Shown piece after piece: positions 1 to 10,730 of a stretch of 64,000 nucleotides of DNA. The notes under the pieces were generated by a model. That model searched no databases and was not told where the DNA came from. It saw nothing but the letters and a program-made list of their open reading frames with translations. The DNA lies in contig JBHGNT010000020.1 in the NCBI GenBank assembly GCA_043228905.1, forward strand, positions 10,912,001-10,976,000, given 5' to 3'. Source of the stretch: Azolla caroliniana (Eukaryota > Plantae > Polypodiophyta). The translations under genes and the position numbers were made by a program. How positions within the stretch are numbered: the first letter of the stretch is position 1; each line of letters opens with the position of its first letter.

Positions 1-1799
1 AAAATGGTGAAATTGTATAACATGTTGAGTACTTCTTGCGCAAATGTCGTGTAATTATGTTAGTCGAAAGGGAGGTTTCCCCATGATTATGTTGGGAGGA
101 TGAAGAGGGAACCAAACTAGGGTGTTATGGCTTCTTCTTGGGGATGTACACTATTGTGTACCACTTCGGTTCATACATCAACATTATTACCCTCTAGTTT
201 GTATTATATACAACCACACCCCACTAAAGATCAACGTATAATTGAGAGTTTACAACATTCATCTACTTTAACATGCATGTAAACTTCGCGCTCCGATGGC
301 GACAAATTAAAAGTTGATTCCCATGGTAGCTCTTCCTTGGTTATATATCAATTTGACAATTATAAGGTCAATGTTGGCCTTCATATTGTCAAAGACCTTT
401 GTGAACTCTTGATACATTCCTAGTATTGGAGCTTAGATTTCTACAACTTTGAAGATGGAGTTGCCAACATTGAAATATAAATAATTCCACTTTCCATCCC
501 ACTTCGCATAACCTCCATAAATAAATAAACAAGTTTTGATGATATGTATATTAAATATGACATCATCAAAGCGACAATTTGGGAGAGCTATTTATTATAA
601 ACTCTTTCATTACTCACTTCCACCAAATGCTATTTGGATTATGGAGTTCAAACCAAACGAATATTTAAGGCTACTAATAATTTTGAAGGAAACCACACAT
701 GCCAAATTAATAATAACCACAAAAATGGACTTTAATTCCACTTATCCCCCCTTAGTGTAACAAAGCTTCAAGAAATAATTGCCATAGAAGTTGGATGAGC
801 AAACTTAATCAAGATTCAAGAGGATTTTTTGTGTCAAAGTAAATTCTCGATCCATGGAATAAGAGTTTGCTAATGAACCTTAAAGAGTAGAGGCAATTAA
901 TCATATGATATATAGATGTACTAAGGTCAAATTGTACTAACTCAATTCAATGAACTAGAACCAATCCTAGGGTTTTTTTTTTGGGGGGGGGGGGACCAAT
1001 CCTAGGGATAGACTTAGCATATATTGAAGAGTCCAACCAAATGGTTCAAGTTTTAGTTGGACTTACTAGTCTAATACATCTTCTAGCTTATTTAAAACTT
1101 TAAAACTATTGTATTTGGTCGGGTTGTTGGGCCTGCTTAGGTTGGGTTGTGTGGACAAATCACCACTATCCATCTTGGATTATCACTATACAAACAACGA
1201 TGGTTTCATCAATGACATTGCTTTTAACTTCATATAAAGACCTCAACAATATGGTCCCTTGATTTGCATTGAAAATGGGTTGATTATTACAATAGTGTTG
1301 AGTGCTAGAGTAGAACATTGTTGACATAACAAGTTAATCACACCTTTTGTGTGAACACACATTGCTAATTAGGGCATGTGTGTGCTCAATTTTATCATTG
1401 ACTTAGTAAATGAGAGTTGCTTTTGCATGAATGATTTATAACTCTCCCATTCATTGCTAAATTAATTCTAGCTCTTAAGTGTGTTATCTTAGAGGCCATA
1501 GTGAGGGTTGATGAGAGGATTTTTTGGTGATCTATGATGTAATTTGTTTGCTAACTAATGCAAAGTAGTGTATTTTTTTTTTTTGGGGGGGGGGGGGGGG
1601 GGGAAGTGTGTTATCTTAGATAACCCACTCACTCTCCCATTCATACTAGATTGATCTTCAATTCTATGTGTATTTACACATGTTCTGTACATATAAACCA
1701 AGCCCCCCCCCCTCCCTAGCTAATATTGGTTATCCTTGATATATTGTTGATGAGTCATGACTATAATTCATTCATATAATTATGCTCTATTTTACTAAT

Positions 1800-2560
1800 A
1801 TATTTTGTCTTTATGTAATTCTCTATCTGTCTCTAACGCACACGCACGTTACTTAATCTATCCTTGTATAAACTATATTATCTAAGTCTTTTACGTGGTA
1901 TTTGAGCGTGATGGTTATTTAGTATCACGACCTCTATGTCGTGTGAATGTTGTTCTTGAAGTCGTATTTGAAGAACTCATTCATGCACATCAACGTGTTC
2001 AACAACGGTTAGCATAATGCATTTGCATAGTTCGTGAATGGAAGAACATCTTCAACATAAATATGCAGATAGGGAGTTGTCATCTAAGTGAGAAGTTTTA
2101 TAGAAACAAGTTTGCTTTGTGGAAGTACATGATGCACCATGTCTTAGTCATACATGCTATCGGGCTATATTGAAGGTGATTTGGAGAAAATGCCCAATGA
2201 ACCTGGAAGCAAGGGATGAATCACATGATATATTGTTTAGCAATATGTGAAAACCATTAGCTTCACTATGTATATGCAAATTGCAAAAAATGTTGGACAC
2301 ATGTGATAGCTTGAAGAACATGTTCATTGCGTGCAGAACACTCTGAAGCTATAGTAATTGGCAGTAGGTCAATGACATGAAACCAAGGGGTGTGCCTAGC
2401 AATGACTACATCTCAAGATTAAAAGCCTATGTGCCTTTATTGTCTCCATTGATATGAAGGTCAATGATGACAATGTGGCAAAAATATGTCTTCACCCATT
2501 CTCGAGCATGGTGACAATTTAACACTCTTTCTCTACCCATGCAATATTTTTGAGACATTG
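1800..2560 (+). mobile_element. Heavily degraded Ty1/Copia remnant (LTR end, PBS, gag N-terminus)
   Basis: TTACG|TGGTATTTGAGC at 1891-1907 resembles the TTACA|TGGTATCAGAGC LTR/PBS junctions at 40456 and 52663. From ~2070 the translation GSCHLSEKFYRNKFALWKYMMHH aligns with GSALPIEKLDQNNFTSWEYKMHQ of the Copia gag at 52833. Many stops and frameshifts. Confidence 0.55.
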
Positions 2561-3900
2561 TCTCTATGGTGCAAATTGGATCAACTTCATTTAGTTTCAT
2601 GTGTAGCCCTACAATGTTGAGTCTTGACCATGAGTTATTTTCTTGGAGGGCAAGGCATTTATGCTAGATGTGCCTCTTCCTTTGGCCATTGTAGTTGTTG
2701 CATTTAATCATCATGAAATACTTGCATGGATCCTCTTGATCAAATTTTGATTATAAGGAAATGAGATTTTCTCATTTGGGCAATCATGATAATCCCTCCA
2801 AATTTCTAGTAAAGCCTTCTCTCACGTTTCAACTATTGCTATGTTGTGGGTTTTCTTTACCTCATATCTTTGTTTGCAATTTACTTCATCATCTTCAATT
2901 ATCTCCGTGTTGATTGCTAATGCCTTTGTTTATGTTACTAATTGAGTTATCATCTCATGATTATTTCGCGACAAGCTATTCACTTCTCCATCAATTTGGA
3001 AGAATTGTTTGAAGTATGAGTCGAGCAGAGGTGGGGGTTAGCCTCATGAACTTCTTCTTGAATGTAAACATTGTATCTTCCTCTTGGACATCAAATACAT
3101 GTGGGCGTTATCATCATTATTTTGAAGAATAGGGAATTATCCTTTATTTGTGTTTGGCTCCCTCTTGGTTTCTTTTTAATCAAATTACAAAGCTTCTTTC
3201 CGTTTGTAGATGACGAGCTTCCTTGCAATCCAACGAAATATTTGTTTACTGAATGTTTAGTAGTTGATCATGGTCGCCATAAGTATTTTCTTAAAAAACT
3301 TGATTAGTTTACTGATTAACATAAATACAGTGAATGCCAATGATAATATATTATAGTTATGCTCAATTTATATTACAACAATCATGGCTTGTACATACTT
3401 ATATTATATATATGTTTGAAAATAGATATTTCATGAGACACAACTTGTCAATAACATTTGTTCAAATCTCTTAAATTCCCTCCACGTGATCCTTCATGTA
3501 TGTGGATTATTATAACAACAACTACGCGGCATATATCATCCAACAATGGGTTGGAACCCCTTTGAGAACATACAAAACAATTGCATGGTGTGGTGCGAAT
3601 GGGTCCCAAACCCTCTACAAACATACAACAGTTTTTGCCTCAAATATCATAGTATTTATTATCAGCACACACGTGCAATGCAAATGTTCTTCGATCAAGA
3701 CATCACATAGCTAGCATAACATCTGCCAATATTTATTTTGAGCTCATTATACAAGGAGTTGTGGGTTTGTCCAACAGTCAAGCGTAAGCCACAAATAAAG
3801 GTCGTATGATTGAAACCATTAGGAGAGAGTTGAAGGGAATGGGCATGGACGATGTCTCCTTTGGATATGCTAAAGGGGAAGAGTCAGACATGAGATTTCT

Positions 3901-4156
3901 TGGGGTTGTATATGTAAATGTAGATCACCCGAATCACTCATGACTAGGTGATAAGCCCATGCCACAATCATCGTCATCATCATCATCTTCTTCCCATGAT
4001 ATATTGGGGTTGTATATGTAAGTGTAGATCACCCGAATCACTCATGGTAGGGTGATAACCTCATGCCACAATCATCATCATCTCTTTGGGGTTGTATATG
4101 TAAGCGTAGATCACCCGAATCACTCGTGGCAAGGTGATAAGCCCGTGCCATCGTTG

Positions 4157-4188
<32 letters not shown>

Positions 4189-4486
4189 TTCTTCTTCCCA
4201 TGATCTCTTGGGGTTGTATATGTAAAGTGTAGATAACTTGAATCACTCATGGTAGGGTGATAAGCCCATGCCACAATCATCATCATCATCTCGTGGGGTT
4301 GTATATGTAAGCGTAGATCACTCAAATCACTCATGGCAGGGTGAGAAGACCATGCCATAGTCATCATCATCATCATCATCATCCTCTCCTTCCCATGATC
4401 TCTTGGGGTTGTAAGCATAGATCACCCGGATCACTTATGGCTGGGTGATAAGTGCATGCCATGGTCATCATCATCTTCTTCTTCTT
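3901..4486. repeat. Six-unit minisatellite (82-122 bp units) with embedded (CAT)n
   Basis: Units begin TGGGGTTGTA at 3901, 4005, 4087, 4209, 4294 and 4404. The shared core is TAGATCACCCGAATCACTCATGG..GGTGATAAGCCCATGCCA, followed by a variable (CAT)n. Confidence 0.95.
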
Positions 4487-4561
4487 ATTACAATATATGC
4501 AACATAAGTTATTGTGTCTTGCCGTGTCATTGAGAATCGAACCCAGACCTTCTTCTTCAAA

Positions 4562-4587
4562 GAGACACAGACACAGACACAGACACA

Positions 4588-4626
<39 letters not shown>

Positions 4627-4772
4627 CACCACAACTTAAGTGCTTTCTTCTTTCTTTCTTTCTTTCTTCTTCTTAGTATGTATGTATGTATGTATGTATG
4701 TATGTATGTATGTATGTATGTATGTATGTATGTATGTATGTATAATGTATGTATGTATGTATGTATGTATGT
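4562..4772. repeat. Microsatellite cluster (AGACAC)n/(AC)n and (TATG)n
   Basis: Directly visible simple repeats at 4562-4623 and 4677-4772. Confidence 0.95.
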
Positions 4773-5129
4773 ATTAGAGTTCAGTTTCCTTCACAATTTT
4801 CTAACACATGTGTCTTTTTTTTGCTTCTTCTTCTTCTCTCTGACTCTGACTGCACTGCACTTCCATTGTCCCCTGCTCTGACGCATATACCCACCTGTTG
4901 TACCACTTAACCCTAAAAAAAAAGAAAAGCCATCGCCCCTCCTTTTTCTCCTGCACACCTCCCTGCTCATCACTCTGCATTCCGCACCTACAGACAAAGA
5001 GAAGCGAATCCATCGGTGCTCCTCGTAAGAAAACCCCAATTCTTCTCCCTGGACGCGTCGAATATGAACCATATCTCTCAGTGCGGAAGAAAACCCTAAT
5101 TTCTTCTTTCTTCTTCTTCTTCTTTCTTT

Positions 5130-5171
<42 letters not shown>

Positions 5172-5245
5172 AAGGTGGAAGAAAAAGGACCAGATCTATT
5201 CAAAGGATAAGCCATCTCAGTGCAGATGATGGCATGAAACTTCAG

Positions 5246-6974
5246 GTAAAAAGCATTCGGAGATCTCTATTTTCATAGTTGTTTCCTGTATTTCTAGTTC
5301 TCTGAATTCTTCTCTATTTCTCGTACTCTGTTTATGCTCTATTGAATGGATCTCTTTTCCATATCGTGGCTGTATGGGAGTATTTTCTACTCCAATCTCT
5401 CAGTGAATATGATTCTTATTTCTTGTCCGTTTTTATCTTATTTTGCTCTATGTTTACTACGTTTTCGCTCTGTATTAGGTTTCGATGTTGTTGTAGGATA
5501 TGAGAGCTATTTGTGGTAGTGATGATGCTCCCTATCTCACATTGACTGAGACTCTGTTTTTTGTGCTGTTCTAGTCTTTTTTATTCTATATTGTGGTGGA
5601 GTTTGAGAGGTTCTTTTGTGCTCTGTCTCGGTTGAAGAGACGCTGGTTCACCTATGTTTTGACAACTTTGTATTTATATTTTTTAAAGCATGTGCTTTCT
5701 GTCAGTGATTGAGAATGCAATGCATATTCTGAAGCCTTTGCCGGAAGATCTATGCCGTTATTTATCTAGAATGATATATGTGTCTGTGGAACTATTGATT
5801 GTGTTATGGTATTTGTGAAATCTAAGTAAAATGGGGTAGCTTTCTGAGAGATATATAATGGGAAAGGAATAGATTGCCTGTGGTCAAGAAGGTTGAACCT
5901 ATTGGCATTTTTAGGTCAAGGCTAACCCCATTTTAAGGGAAGATTAGATTTAAGATCAGGTCACAGTTCAAGATGAAGATAGGATGGATGCATACCACAT
6001 GCTTCATTGCATGTCTTGAAGCTTGAAGTGGAAAAGGATCGATCGATCTCTGACCATTTTTGATCAAGATTAAGATATATTGGGTCTGTTTTAAAGTCTA
6101 GACTAGGTTAGTAATTAAGATGGGGTGGAAGCACAGAGGATAACTACATTTCATTGCACATCTTTGGAAGCAAAGTGAAAGGGATGGCATTGACTGCACG
6201 AGCTGGTCGGAAATCTTGGCAGTGTTAAGGAAAAATTAAATCAAGACTAAGATGTGATAATATGCAGACCTCATTTTAATTGCATGTGTTTGAAAGCCAA
6301 GCCCATGTGTTTCTCTGTGAATGTCTGCATGCCTTTGAAAAGAAAGTACTTACGCATCTTCTAATGAAGGTTTTCTCGGTGAGTCTTGTTGTTTGTCAGT
6401 TTTTTTTGTTTTGATTCTGAGGGTTCATGTTCAATTACAACTCACTCTGCTTAATATAACCTGCATCTTAAATGATGTGCCTAATTGCCTTTTGAAATTA
6501 CAGAATATCATAGATATAACAAATTTGCCTACCTCTTACATGAAAGAGGTAGGCAAAAATTGATATATCTATGCAATTCCGTAACCAGGCTATATATGAG
6601 CTCCCCATACCACTTGTGATTTCTCTGTATACATGCAATGAGTCACCAAAGGGGATGCTAAATAGTAAGTCTGGTTAACCATTAAATAATACACACTTCC
6701 TGGTGACAGTCACATTGCTTCATGGAACAAAGTAACCATCAGAAGGTGCCACAAATACAATCCCAAGTGACTGATTTTAGAAGCCACACTACCATAAGAC
6801 TAATTATAGATATTATGTGGGAAGAGTTTATTATACATCTAGAATGGGTTGAATAGAGTGTGAGAAAGGTGTATGATAAGTTTGTGTTATTTCTCTTTCT
6901 ACTTGAAGTGCCCGTTTTGTATTTTGATCCGTTTGCTATGCAATAAGAGTTTTGTTTCTCCTTGCCTTTATCAG
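5246..6974 (+). other. Probable 5'-UTR intron of the TFIIS-N/SUO-like gene
   Basis: Donor CAG|GTAAAA at 5245/5246 follows a CT-rich UTR-like region containing AAACCCTAA. The interior is T-rich. A polypyrimidine acceptor TTTGTTTCTCCTTGCCTTTATCAG ends at 6974, 96 nt before the ATG at 7071. Confidence 0.6.
6498..6584. repeat. ~87-nt imperfect inverted repeat (hairpin)
   Basis: TTACAGAATATCATAGATATAACAAATTTGCCTACCTCTT pairs with AAGAGGTAGGCAAAAATTGATATATCTATGCAATTCCGTAA around a very short loop. Confidence 0.85.
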
Positions 6975-7070
6975 AGAATTACTGGAATTATCTGAGGAAT
7001 TGGCGAATGATGCAAGGGGTGGTCTAAACAGGAGATTTTTTTCTGAAAGGCATAAAATAACACAGACAAT

Positions 7071-10000
7071 ATGTCGCAAACCAAGAGCCTTAAGAGAGAG
7101 AGGGAGGAAGAGAGTCAAGACCCTTGCAAGAAAGAAAGATTATTAAAGATGAATGAAAGTGAATCTGAAGATTTGAACAAAAGTGAGCACATGGATCTTG
7201 AGGAGATTTCCAAACTTATAGATAAAGATGGGGGTCTTTCTAGCGTATCCGCTGTGGATCAAGTTCTACGAATCATGCACAAGGAGGAGAAGGATTGCCT
7301 TACAAAAAGTGACGGGAAAGTTTCATGGCGAGTTTTTCTATCAGGTATCATTGTTGCAACAAAGGATGAAGAATGTCTTTCATGTTTTCTGCAGCTTGGT
7401 TGCATGTCTGTTCTAGATGAGTGGCTACATGATGCGCATAAAAGTAGGTTTGAAGATGATCACGGTTCTATAGATGCTGGAGAGAAAAGATCAGATGAGT
7501 TGATTTTAACTCTACTTGGAGCTTTAGGTAAGTTACCTATAGATTTAGAGGCGTTAAAAGGTTATTCAGTAGGGAACCTGGTTAGCAATTTACAGGCTCA
7601 TACAAATCCGGAAATTCAAAAGAATGCTTCCAAGCTTGTTGATAGATGGAAGATGAGTGTGGATGCAGAGACCAGATCTGATGGTGATGAGTCAAAGCAC
7701 GGATTAGATCCTGTGGCTGGAAAACAGTCATTGGATGAAGGTTCTGTTGACGAGGAAGAATCTCTAAAACAGAGTATGGTGATGAAGGAGGAGGCTTTGC
7801 TTCAAAAAGAAAGCTCTATGGTGGTTGACATAAGTGGAGGTGCTACTACACACGCAAAGGAAGAAAGAAACCATACGTCTTCTCAATATCCAAATAGTGA
7901 CTCGTGCTTGAATCTCTCTGTCAAAGGGGTCAAGTCACAGAAGGATGATGCAAATTGCTTCAGTGAGGATCCTGTTTTAGATCCCTCTGCACAGACTCAA
8001 AATGATTTAGCCAAAGAAAAACAAGTCACATGTTTATCAACGGCAGTAAGCGAAGAGAAAACCCGTAATTGTCATGATGTACACATTTCAGATACTCATG
8101 ACGAGAATAAAGAGATAATCTATCCTTGTAAAGTGGAGAATAGTGAATATGCATCTTCAGAGCTAAGAATGGATCATGGGAGTGGGGAAAAACCTTCAGG
8201 TGCAGGTAACCTAGAAGCAATAAAATCAAGTTTAGGAGCAGATAATGTTTTAATTGATAGAAGCATAGATTTGTTGGCAAGCACTGCTGACTGTGGCGGA
8301 TCTGATAGTGAAAGATGTGGTTTGTCAAAGAATTGCATTAAAGAGGATCTCAATAACCTACATGAATCTGATGCTGAAGGTGGTGCCAAAGACATAGGAT
8401 CATTTCCAAAGGATCTGGAAGACCACTGTGGTGCTTCCACAGCTGTGAGGGGAAAAGCTGATGAAGATCTTGTCAAAGTGCAGTCTGAATTTCCTGTTGA
8501 TGATATGAATGCATGTGTAGACAAAACAGAAGCCGACAACCATGATGAGCAAGGTAGCAATGATTCAGAAAGGGAAACTATCAATAAAATCTCTTCATCT
8601 CTTCCTGTTAAAGATCATGATTCAGTGGATGAATATGAGGAGGAAGATGCCCTCGAAATAGCTCGGTGGGTTGCAAAGGAAGTAGAGCAAGAAGTTGGTT
8701 CAAGAATTGAAAGTCCTACGGAAGACAGTCCATCAAGTCCACAGACGTCAGATAAGAATGAGAATACTTTGGTAGCTTGTGATGGCAACCCAGAGGCCAG
8801 TTCTACAAAAAGGAAAGAGATGGAATCTGATTCAGTGGCTGCTCCAATATGTGGTCTAGAACCAGCAGAAACCCTAGTGGGTAGGGAATCCACAGAGAAA
8901 ACAGAAACCAAAATAATACTAAAGGACAACGACTCTTCTGTATTCGAAGCTTCTCTTGTGGCTACTTGTGATTCTCAAGGTAACCAAGCAATAGTTCCAG
9001 TGGCATTATCATCAACTGGTTCTATTAAAGGTGAAGCAATAAAAACTGATATAGTGACTAATCCAGTTTGTGTTCTAGAAGAACCAGCAGAAACTACAAT
9101 GAGTAAATGCATAGACAAAAGAGAACCTAGAATTGATCCAAAGACCGATTCTTCTCTAACTGAAGATGATCTCACAACTCCTTCAATATCCGGTTGTCAA
9201 CCTAACCGAGCATTAGTTCCAGTGGTACCTGCAGAAACTCTAATGGGGAGTGAAGGCATTGGCAAAAAAGAAGCCGTGGTAGCCCCAATGTGCAGTCCTT
9301 CTCTAACAGAAGATAGCCTTATAGTTACTTCAGTGCGTGGTGCTGAAGCTGACCACATATTAGTGCAAGGGGTATCAACATCGGTAGTAGATAATGATAG
9401 TGATGGTGGTGCTGTTTCAACAAGGCCAATCTTTGACTTAAATGAAGGGTTTGCTTCTGATGACATGGCTGATGATGATCCATCCGTATCCACTATCACC
9501 ACAGTTAGTGCACATATATCGGCACCTATTGCTGTTGTTGCAATTGCGAATGGCTTCACCCCACCATCAGATTTGGTTCGGTCTACAGAAAACTTGGGCT
9601 GGAAAGGGTCTGCATCTACGAGTGCCTTCCGACAGGCTGGACCTCGTGGAGCATGTGAACCGCCTCCAACTGGCACTGATAAAGAAGCACCATCGCTAAC
9701 TGTCAAGGATAAAAACATTTCTGAACCACCTCCAAACACCACTGATGAAGCACAGGAATCTTCTCCAACTGCTCTTGCCAAAGAAGCACATGTACCGATT
9801 GCAATGGGCACCACTAAAGAAGCATCTGAACCACCCGCAGTGGGAATCGCTAAACAAGCATGTGAACCAGCTTCACTGAGAATTGCTAAAAAAGCACAGG
9901 AACCACATCAGACCGCCACTGGTAACGAAGCATGTAAACAACCTCCAATTATTGCGACTAAAGAAGTATTCGAACCACCTTCAATTATCAGCACTAAAGA

Positions 10001-10730
10001 ATCATTGATTGGGGGAGACGATTTCAAGTGTGTCCGGAAGCTGGACATAGATTTGAATGTGGCTGATGACATTTTACTGGAAGAAGATGTAAGCTCAATG
10101 ATGGGAGGTAATCATTCATTTCCTAATGTAGGAAGACTTGAATTTGACCTAAACATGGTAGAGGAAAGTGAGGAGGCTACTGTTCCTACCATCGAATCAA
10201 CTGGGGTGGCTGTTCGCATGGTCCGGGACTTTGACTTAAATGATGGTCCAGGTGTTGAAGACTTCACACGGGAAGAGCTTAACCCTCCATCAGCTATTCC
10301 TGTTGGGGTGAAGACTCGTGTAGACTATGGACCATCACACTCCGTCCATCCGCTGCATTCCATGGTCATGTTTTCAGGAAATGGTGGTGAGTCAACATAC
10401 TCTGTTCCACCACCTAGAAAGGGAGCTACTTTGCACTATCCACCCTCGAGTTCTTATAATGTATCACCATTTGAAAGGATCGTGCGAGTAATAGAAGTTC
10501 CTAGATCGGATCCTAGCTCATCTTGGTCGAGGCCTAGTCTCGATTTAAATGCGGGTCCTGATGCTGATCTTGATCCACCTAGCAAATGGCAATCTTCTTC
10601 TTTTCCATTTCAACAAGGTCCATCCTCTGGTGTTTTGAAGAGGAAAGAGCCTGATGGAGGGTTTGACCCATTTCGGTCAGGCTTAAAACAAATGGTAGGG
10701 CCACCAAGTCTTTTTCCTCCTTCCTCATAG
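7071..10730 (+). CDS. TFIIS N-terminal (TFS2N/Med26-like) domain protein of the SUO family, with GW motif and multiple EAR (DLN) motifs; no BAH domain
   Basis: 1219-aa uninterrupted ORF. N-terminal TFS2N domain (FLQLGCMSVLDEWL...LLGALGKLPIDLEALKGYSVGNLVSNL...EIQKNASKLVDRWK), family motif LGWKGSASTSAFR, EAR-like FDLNEG, LDIDLNV, FDLNM, FDLNDGP, LDLNAGP, and C-terminal LKRKEPDGG. Confidence 0.9.
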   Translation: MSQTKSLKREREEESQDPCKKERLLKMNESESEDLNKSEHMDLEEISKLIDKDGGLSSVSAVDQVLRIMHKEEKDCLTKSDGKVSWRVFLSGIIVATKDEECLSCFLQLGCMSVLDEWLHDAHKSRFEDDHGSIDAGEKRSDELILTLLGALGKLPIDLEALKGYSVGNLVSNLQAHTNPEIQKNASKLVDRWKMSVDAETRSDGDESKHGLDPVAGKQSLDEGSVDEEESLKQSMVMKEEALLQKESSMVVDISGGATTHAKEERNHTSSQYPNSDSCLNLSVKGVKSQKDDANCFSEDPVLDPSAQTQNDLAKEKQVTCLSTAVSEEKTRNCHDVHISDTHDENKEIIYPCKVENSEYASSELRMDHGSGEKPSGAGNLEAIKSSLGADNVLIDRSIDLLASTADCGGSDSERCGLSKNCIKEDLNNLHESDAEGGAKDIGSFPKDLEDHCGASTAVRGKADEDLVKVQSEFPVDDMNACVDKTEADNHDEQGSNDSERETINKISSSLPVKDHDSVDEYEEEDALEIARWVAKEVEQEVGSRIESPTEDSPSSPQTSDKNENTLVACDGNPEASSTKRKEMESDSVAAPICGLEPAETLVGRESTEKTETKIILKDNDSSVFEASLVATCDSQGNQAIVPVALSSTGSIKGEAIKTDIVTNPVCVLEEPAETTMSKCIDKREPRIDPKTDSSLTEDDLTTPSISGCQPNRALVPVVPAETLMGSEGIGKKEAVVAPMCSPSLTEDSLIVTSVRGAEADHILVQGVSTSVVDNDSDGGAVSTRPIFDLNEGFASDDMADDDPSVSTITTVSAHISAPIAVVAIANGFTPPSDLVRSTENLGWKGSASTSAFRQAGPRGACEPPPTGTDKEAPSLTVKDKNISEPPPNTTDEAQESSPTALAKEAHVPIAMGTTKEASEPPAVGIAKQACEPASLRIAKKAQEPHQTATGNEACKQPPIIATKEVFEPPSIISTKESLIGGDDFKCVRKLDIDLNVADDILLEEDVSSMMGGNHSFPNVGRLEFDLNMVEESEEATVPTIESTGVAVRMVRDFDLNDGPGVEDFTREELNPPSAIPVGVKTRVDYGPSHSVHPLHSMVMFSGNGGESTYSVPPPRKGATLHYPPSSSYNVSPFERIVRVIEVPRSDPSSSWSRPSLDLNAGPDADLDPPSKWQSSSFPFQQGPSSGVLKRKEPDGGFDPFRSGLKQMVGPPSLFPPSS

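Noticed and set aside
2600-3300. Possible minus-strand L1 remnant (MAKGRG..NALP resembling the RT start)
   Set aside because: A single weak motif, too degraded to call.
3901-4486. CRISPR-like array (palindromic repeats with spacers)
   Set aside because: The spacers are just (CAT)n microsatellite, the repeats are long and divergent, there are no cas genes, and the context is eukaryotic.
4038-5278. ORFs with poly-Met, CVCV and MYVC repeats
   Set aside because: Translations of mini- and microsatellites.
8026-9814. Antisense ORFs within the SUO-like CDS, and similarly within the PPR and Copia pol
   Set aside because: Expected shadow ORFs of long coding sequences, with no independent features.
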